DNA of 64,000 nt from Camelus ferus (lineage: Eukaryota). This document shows, piece by piece, positions 45,586-58,134 of this stretch. The position numbers were made by a program, and so were the translations under genes. The DNA lies in NCBI RefSeq assembly GCF_009834535.1, contig NC_045698.1, positions 1,924,001 to 1,988,000 on the forward strand, given 5' to 3'. Every line of letters starts with the position of its first letter. The stretch's first letter is position 1. The notes below the pieces were generated by a model. That model worked only from the letters and a program-made list of their open reading frames with translations, was not told where the DNA came from and made no database searches.

Positions 45586-48500
45586 TGGTCCTGGACACGC
45601 AGTGAGCTCACGTCTGAGTTTCCCCGTCAAGTCCCTCCCTGTCCTCAGAGCACGTGGGTCCCCACGCCTGACCTCGGTGGTAGCGGAGACTCCAGGATGC
45701 CTGAAGGCCGGCACTCTTGGCCTTCTTGCAAACGTCATGTCAGCCAGCCTGGCATCTGCCCTCCATGTGGAGAGGCGTCCCCTGTGCTGTGGGCAGCCAA
45801 GGTGGGCATCCGTGCTCTTATGCACACGAGGGAAGATGGGCCAAGTGCTGAGGACTCCTCCCGCCCATGGGCTTAGGGCAGGCGCGTGGGGCTGCCGCTG
45901 GCTGTCGCTTTAGGAAGGGGGCAGCAGGCAGCTCCAGCCCCGGTGGCCCCTTCGAGTGGACAAGAGGACTGTTCCCACCCGGAAGGGGTCCCTGAGCAGC
46001 CACTGTGGGGGGCGGGGGGAGCGGCCCAAGGAACCAGCGTTCCTTAGCAGAGGGGACCTCAATTCTGACACTTCCATGATCTGTTTCAGTGCTGCCCCCA
46101 AAATGCCCAAAGAATGAAACCAATGCAGAATAGCAGTGGCTGTTTTTAACAATCAGCTGCTTTGATCAGCAAGTCATGGAAACCTGTTCAAGCCAAACTT
46201 TTGAGGCTTATTGTTGCAAATATGTAAACGTGAAATCTTGACTCACAGCTGCTCCCTACGAGGGGATTTTTCTTCCATATTCGCAGCTCCTAGATTTTCT
46301 TTTAAACAATCTAAGGATAGTGATTGGAACTAACTCCTCGCCTAATTTTGATTTAAACACTCTAAGTGAGCACACTCAATGAATTCTTCTTCTTTTTCTT
46401 CTGATTCCAAACTGGGGGAAGCACTGATTTCTGACTCTGGGGGTCCCAGGCTACTGCTGAGTGGGGACAAGGCGGCCGGCCGACAGGCAGGGCCAGGTGG
46501 GCCGTCCCCGGAAAGCACGTCCTCAGTGCCCAGCATGCGTGCGTCTGCACCAGTCAGCTGAGCTCTGTCTTTTCCATGTCAAAAATGCAGCATTTTCTGT
46601 ATGTCCAAAGGAACACTTTGCAGAACTGGGAAATGTGCACCCCAGCCCTGAGCATCACACTAGAAAAATGCACACCACGGGCAGATTGCTGGGGTTCTTT
46701 TGTTTGTTTGTTTGTTTGAGTGACAAGGAAGTGAATTTGTCATAGCAAGCTCATCAGATTCCATTGTTGTAGCCTATGATTTAGCCCCTCAACGTGAATT
46801 TTAAACATTCTGCTTGTTTTCGTTGGACTAAATTCTTTATGAGAGATGTTTCAATACAAACTTAGAAGTTTTCTCTAAAAACTTTCACTGGAAAATTAAT
46901 ATATTTGGTTGAAAGGTCATGCAGTTTCTTTTTGAGTCAGTTTACATGTTCCCAACGAGGGCAAGCATAAACAGTCCCGCTCCGACTGTCTCCATCGCAC
47001 AGATGCACCTGTGGGAAACCGCACCTTTATGTCTAGACACAAAAATCCCAGTGCGTGGGGGAAAGTTTGTTAATGTATCATTTAAAATGTATTTTTTTTA
47101 TCATCGTGTACATCTCAGAAACTCCATCCAGACTCAGTCTGCAGATTGATGAAGAAAGCCTGTGTGGGGTTGAGGGGCAAGGCTGAAAAATGTGGGGGGA
47201 AGATTTTCCAAACCTTTGTCTCTTGTTTCTCCATATCTGAGTAATAAACAGATCAATCGGTGAATATTTTCCATAAATTTGTTCCTTATGTGTTTTATTC
47301 CTCCCTGGTATAAATGAGTCCTTTTGACTGAGTGACACGAGTCTTAAATTGCAGGCCTGCCTGCCTCTGACATCTCCAAAGGTACCCTCCTTCCTTTAAA
47401 AGCTTTTCCCCTCAAATCGCAGCTATGATAAATTTCTCTTCTAATGTGGAGTTGCAGGGAAAAGTTGAACAAGATGAAGATGATTTTACGTGTATATTCC
47501 TAGTATTCCTCTGGCCCTCCGTCTCCCCACCTGGCAACCATCTTTCACGAAGATCAAAGGGCTTTTAAAGCCCGGCTCTTCCTCCTCGGGGTTCATTCCT
47601 GTGAGATGGGCTGGTGGGGGTGCTGGGCCAGGACGTGCCCGTCCTCTGTCCATCCACCAGCCCCTGGCTCGCCAGCCTGCGGGGAAATGGGGGCCAGGAC
47701 CCGCCCGCGCCACGGCCCCGCGCAGTGCGCCCAAGCTGCTCTTGCCCCTCCCATCGCACTTTCTGAGCCGGGCGAGACCCTCAAGCAGGAGACACCCCGT
47801 TCCCTCGAGACTTCCCTCCGGGGTAGCTGCCCCGCTGCGGGGACCACAGTTCTCTCTCTGAGACACCCTGGGGGTGGCTTTGCCCTGGGGGCTCCGGCTC
47901 TGACCACCTCCCTGCAGATCTGATGTGGAACAATCACTCGGAAGCCCATCCGAGGTGGGTTTCACGCCAAATCCTTGGTTTACATCGGTGTGCTGCAAAA
48001 AAGAAAAAAGTGCGGTAATACTCTTGGTTGTCTTGAATGATCTCCACTTATGGAAACTGCTGTCTAGTTTTCCAAGTGCTTTCACGTGTATCACGTGGTT
48101 TTATTTTAAGAAATACGCTGGTGTGATGTCTGGAGCATCAGACCCCCCGCACCCCCCCCCCCGCAGAGTGGATGAAGGGCGAGTGCGGGGGGCGCTTGGA
48201 GAAGCCCCCTCCTCCCTCGCCCTGTGGGGGGTTCGCAGGGGCCAGGGCGAGGCGGGGGCGGCTGCACTCGGCGAGAGGAGGTCCTCTCCGGCGGCCCTGG
48301 GGACCCCAGGATTAGAAGCCAAGGTGTCCACCCCCCTAGTTTTAGCACCCCCGGCCCCTGACCCCGCCCCCCAGCAGAAGGCAGAGCCGAGTGTGCACAC
48401 TGTAGCGTGACTCTCGTGGGTGACAGCTGTGACAAAAGCAGGGAGAAGGCAGCTTGAGTCCTCGACGTGTGACTTCTGGGAAGCGGGCTCTGAGGGCTGT

Positions 48501-48719
48501 GACGCACACGTTAGGATGGTCCGCATTACGAAGGTCCCCCCGGCTTGTGCCCCGTGTGTGTATGTTTTTGCCTCCTTCACAGACTGCTCAGGAGTGAGTG
48601 GTGTGTGACTCTGGATGGACGATCATCTTCTGATTGGTGAGCAGATACCTGCTGTTCATGTCGCAAACTCAGGGAGATTCCCTGTCAGTTCAACTTAGAA
48701 CTTGAGCACAAACTTCAGT

Positions 48720-48752
48720 CGCAGTGCGCGTCCGCCACGCTGGAGGGCGAGC
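48720..48752 (+). promoter_or_regulatory. Candidate CTCF site with upstream motif
   Basis: Core ACGCTGGAGGGCG (48737-48749) matches 11/13 of CCRSYAGRKGGCR. It is preceded by CGCAGTGC, resembling the TGCAGT upstream module. Local CpG-rich context. Confidence 0.4.
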
Positions 48753-50863
48753 GCCCCGCGCCTGCTGCGGGACACGCTCGGGTCGCCGGGGAAGCGGTTG
48801 AGCCTAATGCTCGGTTGCAGGCAGGCCCAGGCTCGTGTTCCAAGGAGGCACCCCGACCCGTCCAGCCCCGTGTTTACGATACCAGTCCGAAAGACTACAA
48901 CCACCGAGCTACTTCGTGAGCAGCAGCTGGGAAGCTTGGGGGCCCCGATGCCGGGATAAAAGCCCCCAAATTATAAAATCACATTCAATTATTCCAGGGC
49001 TTTTCTCACCAGATGGTGTTCACGTGTCAGACAAGAAAACGTGCTTTGTTCTGGCCGTGCGGTTAGATTCAGGGCCTGCAGGAGGCTGGGCAGAGGGTCG
49101 GGCTCCAAGCATGGGGAGGGGATGCTGGATGGGTTGCCGGCACTGGGCGGGTTCTAAGAGGGGCCCAGGCCCCGCGAGCCCGCAGGTAGTCACACTGCCG
49201 CCTGCGGGTGTGTGTTTCTGCGCGGCCCCGAGTGCCCGCGGTGTGCGGTCAGATTCAGGAAGCTGGTCAGGACAGGGTGGCCCCAGGCAACCCAGGGGAG
49301 ACTTAGCAGATTTCCACATTCGCGGATCAGATTCCCAGGCAGCCACGTGGAGCCTCTGGTCCATGAGGCCCAGGTGCCGGCACAGCCCTCAGACTCCACA
49401 TCCTCATCGGTCATTGGTCAGTGGAAACAACGTGGACGCATTGCAAGTCTGATGCAGACAGAAGGCTGCCAGCCAAGGCTGCCCTCACCGCGGGCAGAGG
49501 CTCTGCACCGGGGATCTGGTGCCGGCCCCCCTCCGCCACCCTCGGAATGAGGACCGTCCCTGCCCACCTCGGTCCCCAGGGTCACCTCGGTCAGAATGCT
49601 AGGTGGGAGCAATATGGATACCAGCGATGACAGCAAGGGAAAACTTCACTTCATGGAAGGAGGGGAAGGGACATTGAGAACAAGGAGAGTCTCCCCTTCC
49701 TCAGGCTCCACAGAAAAGCCAAGTGAAACGGATGGAAGTTGACAAAGCGCCTTGGGAATATGGAAACGGAAACAAACGGGAAAGTTTTCAAAGCCGCATT
49801 TCTGACAGTTTCTGGAAGACGTATGCTCCTGGGACTGAGAAGGAAAGTAACAAGACGGGGGCTGGGAGACATTTAAAGCCTTGGTTGCAGATACACTGTA
49901 AAGGCGGTGATTTGGGGTGTGCGTGCTTCCTGAGTAACCGCCGGCAGCCCGGCTGCTGCCTTAACAGTGTCGCATGGTGGTGTCTCCAACACACCCTGGG
50001 AGAAAGCCCCACACCCCCCCACCCCGGCCCAGGCATGGATGTTGCCCCCCACCCCTGCCCAGCGAGTGCAGAGAGCCCAGTGTCTCCCCTGAGGGGCCCC
50101 CACAAGCCCCTGCGGCTCTCAGGAGATCCCGGGAGACAGAGGGCGGTGAGACCCGCTGGGGACCCCGGGCAGATGCTGCACTCACACCCGCGGTCTCTCC
50201 AGGAGCAGGTAACTCATCACATCACAGCTACATGTTTGCTCACATGTCTTTATGTTGACATTTACAATTTTCCATTCTATTTAAGCAGTCACAAAATATG
50301 TAAATTTTGGTGAATTTTAAGTGTTAACGTCTTAAAATTGAATTATTATATCACCTTTTGACCGATGGGATACCCACCAGCTTATTTTAAAGACCCACGA
50401 GCATCTTAAATCAAGTGTGATGCTGATGGATGTCCATCCTCATCTATTTAAAAGTATATGAACGACCTTGAAGTTTAAATAAGCCACTGCGTTGACACCC
50501 ACTCTCATCCATTTCATAACACATGAACAATCTCTGTAACGTTTGGAAAATGTCACTTCTTTTTTTTTTAAATTCTATTTCCATTATACTTACGACCCTA
50601 ATTTTATCTACTGTTACGTTATTATATTTACGACCTTAATTTTATCTACTGCTGCTCTTAAGTCGTGTGTCGATCACTCCATCACTCTTCCTTGCAACAA
50701 AAATCTACATAAAATTGAAGTTTTATTTTCTCTTGGTTTTGTGTAAGCTTTTCAGTTGGATTGAGCTATTATTAGAAATATTATTTGTAAAAATCAGATC
50801 AAAACAGTAAGAATATACTATACATTTAAAAGTCGTTAAAAATAAAAAATACAATGTTATTGG

Positions 50864-50958
50864 GAGGGGTGGGAGGCACAGCGCAGTGGAAGTGCACGAG
50901 CCTGGCACGCACGAGGTCCTGGGTTCCATCCCCAGTGCCTCCGTTAAGGAGGAAAAAA
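50864..50958 (+). mobile_element. Camelid tRNA-derived SINE (Vic-1 type) with 13-bp TSD
   Basis: gggaggcacagcgcagtgg ... cacgaggtcctgggttccatccccagtgcctcc followed by an A tail. ACAATGTTATTGG at 50851-50863 and 50959-50971. Confidence 0.92.
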
Positions 50959-51566
50959 ACAATGTTATTGGAAATAAATCTGGAAACAAAATAGATAATT
51001 GATAATATTGATTCTTGCTGGAGCTAAACATGGTTCAAGTTTATTCACTTCATTTTGTCGTGGTGGTCATTGAAAGTGCACATAAGCGGATGGGATGGAA
51101 GAGCTTTTGGTGTTAAAAGAGCACTTGGTTCTCTAAAGCCCTGAGTTATGGGCCAAACATCACACAGCGGTCTAGCGGCAAACGTTGTTGCAAGTGGCAC
51201 CTGAAGCAAGACTCCTTCCTTTGCGCTGATGATCACAGACGTGGATGCTGCCAGACCCACGGAGGCCTGCCACATCCACCTTCCTGAACTCAGCCTCCTG
51301 TTCGGTGCCCCGAACCTCAGGCTTGGGGGCAGAGCAAGGCGCCCGGTCAGGTTCCAGATGGTGGGACAGCACCTCCCTTTTGAGAAGTGAGGAGAGAGTG
51401 GTCGGCAGGAGAGGGAAAGGCAGGTGGCAGGCCAGCCAGATCGGGTTTAAGAAGGAGGCAGGTGGAAGGTGAGAGTCTGGAAGGTGACAGCTTTGCAGCC
51501 ACCTGAGCTGGGTTCCCCGGGAGCCTCTTCCCTGGGGGAGGCAGGTCTGGGCTGGAGACTGGCTCC

Positions 51567-52240
51567 TGACGTGTCCCTCATTTATAACATCGTGCTACTT
51601 TCCAGGGCACAGCATAGCGATTCAGTTACACATACATATGTATATATTCTTTTTCATTATGGGTTATTTTAACATACTGAATGCAGTTCCCTGTGCTGTA
51701 CAGCAGGTCCTGTTGTTTATCTATTTTATATACAGTCGTTTTATCTGCAAATCCCAAAGTCCTGATTTATCCCTTCCCTCCCCAGCTTTCCTCTTTGGTA
51801 ACCATAAGTTTGTCCTCTATGTCTGTGAGTCTGTTTTGTAAATACATTCATTTCTGTCATTTTTTAGATTCCATATATGAGTGATATCATACAATGTTTT
51901 TCTTTCTCTTTCTGGCTTACTTCACTTAGAATGACAATCTCCAGGTCCATCCATGTTGGTGCAAATGGCATTATTTTATTCTTTTTTATGGCCGAGTAGT
52001 ATTCCATTGTATAAATACACCACGACTTCTTTATTCAGCCACCTGCTGATGGACACTTAGGCTGTTCCTATATCTTGTCTACTGTAAGTAGTGCTGCTGT
52101 GAACATTGTGGGTGGGGGTGCAGGTACCTTTTCAAAACTAGAGCTTCCTCAGGATATACACCCAGGAATGAGATTATTGGATCACAGGGTGAGTCTATTT
52201 TCAGTTTTTTAAGGAGGCTCCACAGTGGCTGTGCCAGATT
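51567..52240 (-). mobile_element. Artiodactyl-type L1 3' end, 5'-truncated
   Basis: Minus-strand L1 ORF2 end and 3' UTR (ttacttcacttagaatgacaatctccaggtccatccatgttg ...). Diverged direct repeats TGGAGACTRGCTCYTGA at 51553-51569 and 52241-52257. Confidence 0.92.
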
Positions 52241-53062
52241 TGGAGACTAGCTCTTGATTATCTGGAATGACTTCAAAGCAATTAGCTTTTCCATATTAAT
52301 TTCGGGAGGGGCAAAGTCCAGCTCAAAGGGAGAGTTTGGCCATGTTAGCATGTTGGGAAAGAAACTCTCAACATCCCATAAACTTCTGGACAGCTCCAGG
52401 GAGTGTCAGGGACCACACACAGCAGAGCCGTCCCACAGACCAACAGCATCCGAGGGTCACTGTGCTGAGGCTCAGGATGGAACAGCCAGGTCTGGGTGAC
52501 CAGGAAGGCAACAGCATCAAAGGGGGACATGGCTGAGCCCAGCTCTGCCCTCGTCCACACGGAGAGACACAGTGTAAGCGGGTCGCACCGGCAGCACCAA
52601 ACGTTTCCAGCAGGATCATAGACGTGTGTTCGTAGCAGGGTTCTGCTGGGGATTCGTCCCAGATCATGTACTTCTTAGACATGACAAAGAAATTAAAGAA
52701 ATATTTTCAGGTCTTGCATAGCTTTCCAACCGGGAAAACAGAGTCCGTAAAGTTTTCTGTTGCTTGTTTTATTTAGACGGCAGCTTCTGGAATTTCCAGC
52801 GTGAGCTTCCATTTCCATAGGTTATCACTAATAGCAAATAACGTGGAGTCCAGCCTAGTCTCCAGAAGGGAAAGAAATCACAGCCTTTGAAAACATTTTA
52901 GTTAGTTGAAATGTCACGTGTTTCAGCGGGAGGAGGCGCGTGCTTCCCCGGCGCAGGGGGGCGCACCAGCACAGCCACCGCTGCCGGGGCGGAGGGGAGA
53001 GCAGACGTTCCTTTACGGGGACTCAGCATCTACAAGACTCGTTTGCATCTGATCTTGTAAGC

Positions 53063-53745
53063 TTTTTTATTTTGGAATAAGTTTATTTTATTGAAAATTT
53101 GCAAAGATAGTTCATGGAGTTTCATTTCTCTTTCACCCAGCATCTCTGGATGTCAGCATCTTAAATAATTTGGTGCATTTGCCAAAACTAAGAAATGCTG
53201 GGACCACACCATCAGCTAAACATGGACTTTCATGGACTTCACCAGCTTTTCCGCCTACATCTTCGTTCTGACCCAGGATCCGGTCCAGGAGTCACCGTTG
53301 TCCTTGGTCCGCTGGTCTCCATCAACAACTCCAGTCCGGGACAGGTCCCCAGACTTTCCTTCTTTACCATGACTTCGACAGATGAAGGGCACTGGGCGGG
53401 TGTTTTAGAACGTGCCTCTATTTGAATTGCTTGAGACAGTGTCATGATGAGTCTGGGGGCTGCAGCTTCTGGGGAACAAGAGTCTGCACATTCCGCATCC
53501 GGGGTCTGTGACACCCAGGTGACAGCACAGGTGACGCCAGCCTGGACCATGTGGCTCGGAAGGTGGTGCCAGCCTTCTCCTCCGTAGTGAGGCTGGGCTT
53601 CCCTTTCCAGACTCCACCACTTGGAAGCCAGTCACAAAGTCTAGCGCAGTGTCCGGGGGAGTCCTGGGGAGGGGAGGCTTGGGCCCCGCTCCTGGAGGGG
53701 ACAGTTACGTAGATTGTTTGGAATTCCTCTGTGAGAACGTGCCCC
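53063..53745 (-). mobile_element. Ancient L1M-type 3' UTR
   Basis: tttattttggaataa ... ccaaaactaagaaat ... ttcaccagcttttcc ... ccaggatccggtccagga ... ttggaagccagtcacaaagtctagc is colinear with recalled L1M 3' ends. Confidence 0.75.
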
Positions 53746-54359
53746 TCCTTTTTCTCTGATCTTGAGATGTGTTCTAGCTCAGGCACCCCCCTATTTCATA
53801 GGTCAGTAAAGCAAACTGAGCCTCTTCTCAATGTGTTCTTAGGGAAGGTCAGAAAACCCAACACTCAGTGCAAGGGAGCAACCCCTTCTCACACAGGCGG
53901 GCTCCTGCTCACGTGACTCCTCCTTCGTGTTCACGGCCGAGCACACAGATACACGCAGAGCCTTCAGATGCCCCATTTCTGACAGGAGGCCATGTTGGCA
54001 TCGCCCAGCGTGCACCTGTTGGATTACAGTACTTTCAGAGGGGAGGTTCTGGAAGCACGGCGAAGCCCTTTTTGCCCTGGAGCGCCCGTGCGAATTTGCA
54101 GTCCCCGCCCTGAGAGCAGCACCTGCTTTCCTGCCAGCTCGCTCTCGACCCGGGGGTCCTGAGGCAGGGATGCCGACTGGAAACCAAAGTCAGGCTCCAG
54201 GACTTCAGTTCCCAGCTCCAGGGTTTTGCTGAACATCCGCGCTGGCCAGTTACGTTTTGTCCAGAGGTCAGCACGGCCGCACAGCCCCCGGCCAAGCGTG
54301 CTCGCTGGGAGGTGTAAGGGAAGCGCAGGCGTTGGAAACGTGCACGGCGGTGCGGGTGA

Positions 54360-54460
54360 TACTTTAAACAATTACAGATGGCGCGGGGCTGGCTGGGGCT
54401 GACAGCGGCATCAGCCCTGACAGCGCCCTGACAGGCCTCGGCCGCGATGATTAATCACGG
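54360..54460. promoter_or_regulatory. Dense developmental TF motif cluster, candidate enhancer
   Basis: AACAAT 54367-54372, CAATTA 54369-54374, CAGATGG 54375-54381, TGACAG at 54400, 54418 and 54429, and palindromic TGATTAATCA 54448-54457. Confidence 0.4.
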
Positions 54461-55240
54461 CGCTGTCTCCGGGCACTCCAGCTTCCCCTCGCAGCTCCCA
54501 CCTCCGGCAGGATCTGTAGCTCTTGTTGCTGCACCACACAACACAGGAAATGTCTTTCCCTTGCCCCGTCCGAGGGCCACTCACGGCTGGGAGAGCTGCT
54601 GGGCGCGGCTCCCTCTGACGGCTGGGATCTGGAGAAGGTTTGGCCCGGGAACCCTGAAGGTGGCCGCTCTCTACTGGCTTCTCCCAAGTGGCCGAGGACT
54701 TACAAATTGAGTCAGGCTGCTGGCCGTCAAACAGACGGGCTGTGCCTCTCTGGGGAAGAGGTGGCTTTGAGGGTGAAAACTGGGCATTCTGTCTCTGTCT
54801 CGTGCTCTCGTTTCCCTGAGGTCATGTTGTGGACGACACAGCGATGCGCGCACTCAGATCGCAGGGCTGTGGAGACGCTGCTTTCCATCCCACAGCTGTC
54901 TTTCCTGAGGAGCTCGGTGCCTCCCCCGCCTGCCTCCACGGGGACTCCCGGCCTAGGGCTCAGGAGGTTCTCCAGGAGCCTGGCTGGTGGTCAGTGCAGC
55001 GGGGAGCCCGTGAGGACGAGGGCCTTGACCTTCGTCCTTGTCCTTTGGGTGGACGCTCTTTACAACTTTGTGAACATTTTAGTAAGTGCAGCGTCTAAAG
55101 CTAGTTGCCTTACCATTTTTTTTCAGCTTTACAAACAGTTATAAAATATCTAGATCTCCCAATATCTGAACTCTGAGGAAGTGGTGTTCCCATTAGGACC
55201 ACTGGTGTCGACAGAGACCAGACAAAGCCAGACACCACCA

Positions 55241-55691
55241 GGGAGATCATGAGGATCACAGGGAGATGGTGAGGACCACGGGGAGATGGTGAGGACCACG
55301 GGGAGATGGTGAGGACTATGGGAGACATGGTGAGGACCATGAGGGAGATGGTGAGGACCACAAGGAGATGGTGAGGACTATGGGAGACATGGTGAGGACC
55401 ATGGGGAGATGGTGAGGACCATGGGGGAGAAGGTGAGGACCATGGGGGAGATGGTGAGGACTATGGGAGACATGGTGAGGACCATGGGGAGATGGTGAGG
55501 ACCATGGGGGAGATGGTGAGGACCATGGGGAGATGGTGAGGACCATGGGGGAGATGGTGAGGACCATGGGGGAGATGGTGAGGACCATGGGGAGATGGTG
55601 AGGACCACGGGGGAGATGGTGAGGACCATGGGGGAGATGGTGAGGACCATGGGGAGATGGTGAGGACCACGGGGGAGATGGTGAGGACCAC
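55241..55691. repeat. G-rich 20/21-bp minisatellite (VNTR-like), 21 copies plus 1 diverged
   Basis: Unit (G)GGGAGATGGTGAGGACCAYG counted directly, with variant units ...GACTATG and GGAGACATGG... Confidence 0.97.
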
Positions 55692-56419
55692 TGGAAAACC
55701 AGCCAAGATGGCAGCTGGGCGAGTGTGCAGAAGTGCAGTAGACGCAGCCCTTTATGTCACTGTTCACTTAAAGAACGAGAGAAACAGAAGCAGCCAACGA
55801 AGTGACTTGGCCGGAGACGTTGAAAAAGTGACAACTTGGAGGAGCAGCACTGCCTCCAGGGCCAGTGGCAGTGAAGCAGGCAGGGGGGGCGCTCGCCTCC
55901 CAGCTCCACTCGGGGTCCAGGCATTGGCATGGGCATCACGCTCCCACCTCCTTCCTTCTGCTCCAGATAGCGTCCCAAGCTCCTCCCACCCACACACACC
56001 TGCAGGGTTCCCCGTGTTTGGACCTGGTTTGGGGTGAGCAGGATGAGAGATCATCAGGTGCCCGTCCCTGATCATGGAACAGCCCGGCTTTACTTGCTCC
56101 TTCTGGGTGACGCAGCCCAAGTGAATGCAAGACTCCACAAGGTCAGGACCAGAGTGACACCCAGCCCGTGGTGGCCGTCCCGCCCAGCAGCCCTGCTTCC
56201 ACCCGGCTTCTCCTGGTGCAGCTGGTGTGTCCAAAAGTGCAGCCACACACACTCAGCAGGGGAGACTCACCTGAAAGACCGCCAGCCCAAGACCCTCTGT
56301 GGAGGGACGGTGGGTAGAAAGCTGATCAATTATCCTGGACCCAAGGCAGCAGGTCCAGACACTGAGGGAGGGGAACACACAATTCCATCGTGTCAGCGCC
56401 CTCTGCCTCAGTCATGACA

Positions 56420-57290
56420 GGCAACCAGAGAAAAGTGGGAGAGGGTGCGACTCAAACAGCCAAGATGCGTGGAAACAACCTAAATGCCCATTGACAGACG
56501 GCTGCATGGTGACGTTGTGGTGCACACACACACAATGGAACACTGCTCAACCGTAGAAAGAATGAAATAACGGCATCTGCAGCAACATGGATGGACCTAG
56601 AGACGATCACACTAAGTGAAGTGAGTCAGACAGAGGAAGACAAATACCATACGATGCCACTTACATGCGGGATCTTAAAAAATTACACAAATGAACTTAT
56701 TTACAAAACAGAACAGATGTAGACAAACAAACTTACGGTTCCCAGGAGCAAGGGAATGGGAAGGGATAAACTGGGAGTTCGACAAGATAAACAACAAGTC
56801 TCTTCCGTAGAGCACAGGGAACTATGTTCAGTGTCCTGCAGTGCCCTGTGGTGAGAAGGAACATGAAATGAGTACATGCGTGTGTGTGTGACTGAAACAC
56901 GACACTGTGCACCACAGGTTGACACGACACTGTAAACTGGCTGTACTTCAATAAGAAAAACGTAAAAAAACAGCCAAGAGGAAATAATAAAAGACGCTCA
57001 ACTTCACTTACCAGAGAAATAAAGATCAGAATCTCGCGGATTTACAAATATCCACAACCTGACGCCAACGGATGCTGGGGACACGTGTGAGGAGTCGGAT
57101 TTGAGGCCGCTGTCTCCCGGCGGCGCCTCCTGGGGAAGGAGCAGGAGGGGAGCTGGGGGCCTGGAGGCCGCAGGGCGCAGCCCCCTCCCCCGGCTGCATC
57201 TCCTGGCCGGGACCTGGGCTCATCTTCGGGCTTTGAGCAGTAAAGCAAAGTGACACGTGCACCCAGGGCCCCTCTGATGCCCAGCGCCAG
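56420..57290 (+). mobile_element. Ancient L1ME-like relic interrupted by a younger L1
   Basis: caaccagagaaaagtggg before and aaaagacgctcaacttcact after the young insertion continue one old ORF2-end tract. Confidence 0.5.
56466..56967 (+). mobile_element. Artiodactyl-type L1 3' end with perfect 12-bp TSD
   Basis: ggaaacaacctaaatgccca ... gcagcaacatggatggacctagag ... cttcaataagaaaaa; AAACAGCCAAGA at 56454-56465 and 56968-56979. Confidence 0.93.
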
Positions 57291-58134
57291 AGGACGCGGC
57301 ATCCTTGTCTAGACTGCTGGAGACACTGGGGAGTCTACACTTTTATTATTTGGAGGAAACACATTCTTTGGGAGGAACGTCTTTTTTGATCAAATTCTAA
57401 CATCAAATTCTCCATGGCTCTTTGGTTTTGAACAGCGAGAGTCCTGTTTCCTTTCTCTGACAATTAGCAGGCAGACTTTTACATCAGGGTCCCCAGTGTC
57501 CCCCGGGCAGCAGCCAGGAAACGCACAGCTGCCGGCCTGTCTGAGCCGGGCCCAGCCCTGGACGCCGCGCGGGCACCGCCCCTCCTTCCGAGCATCCCCG
57601 AGCAGAGACCCACCTTGGTCCCGGGAGTCTCTCCAGGATGGAGGTCGTCTGAGGCCAAGCTGGGCCACCTCCTCAGGAAGCTGACAGGAAGGCTGGCCCC
57701 TGGGTATCTGGCGAGAAGCGTTCCACAGCGTTACAAAGAAAACAGGCATTTCCTGGCCTTCCTCCTGCTCCTGTACCGGTGGGATGACCAGATTCAACCG
57801 TACCGTGTGAAACTTTGTCTGGTTTTGCAGCATAGTTTTATTGTCCTGAGCCAGGTGGGGACAGGAACGCATGTCACGGGCGGCTGAGCCCAGTCCCGCC
57901 CAGGAGCCCCACGTGCCAGAGGTGAGGCTGCGGCTGGGAGCTCTGGGCCCTCACCTCCAGACCGTGGCGCCTTCTGCCACGAAGCCCCCCGCCCACAGGG
58001 GCCCCTCTGCTCCAGATGCCTCCTCGGTGTTGGGGCAACTGCTCGGTCGAACAAGTATGTTCAGCATGTTTTACTGGCGCTAAAGACACCTCATTCTTCT
58101 GTGAGTCAGAAAATTGTGGCTGATTCAGCTCCTT

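Noticed and set aside
50864..50958. tRNA gene (also at 59011-59108)
   Set aside because: The tRNA-like head has an A-rich tail and TSD and lacks an intact cloverleaf, so it is a SINE.
52945..52970. CTCF-like GCGCAGGGGGGCGC (also at ~55877-55893)
   Set aside because: The G-run length breaks the core spacing; weak match in GC-rich background.
55241..55691. CRISPR-like array, and ORFs reading MVLTISP repeats
   Set aside because: Units are head-to-tail with no unique spacers and no cas genes. The ORFs are translations of the minisatellite.
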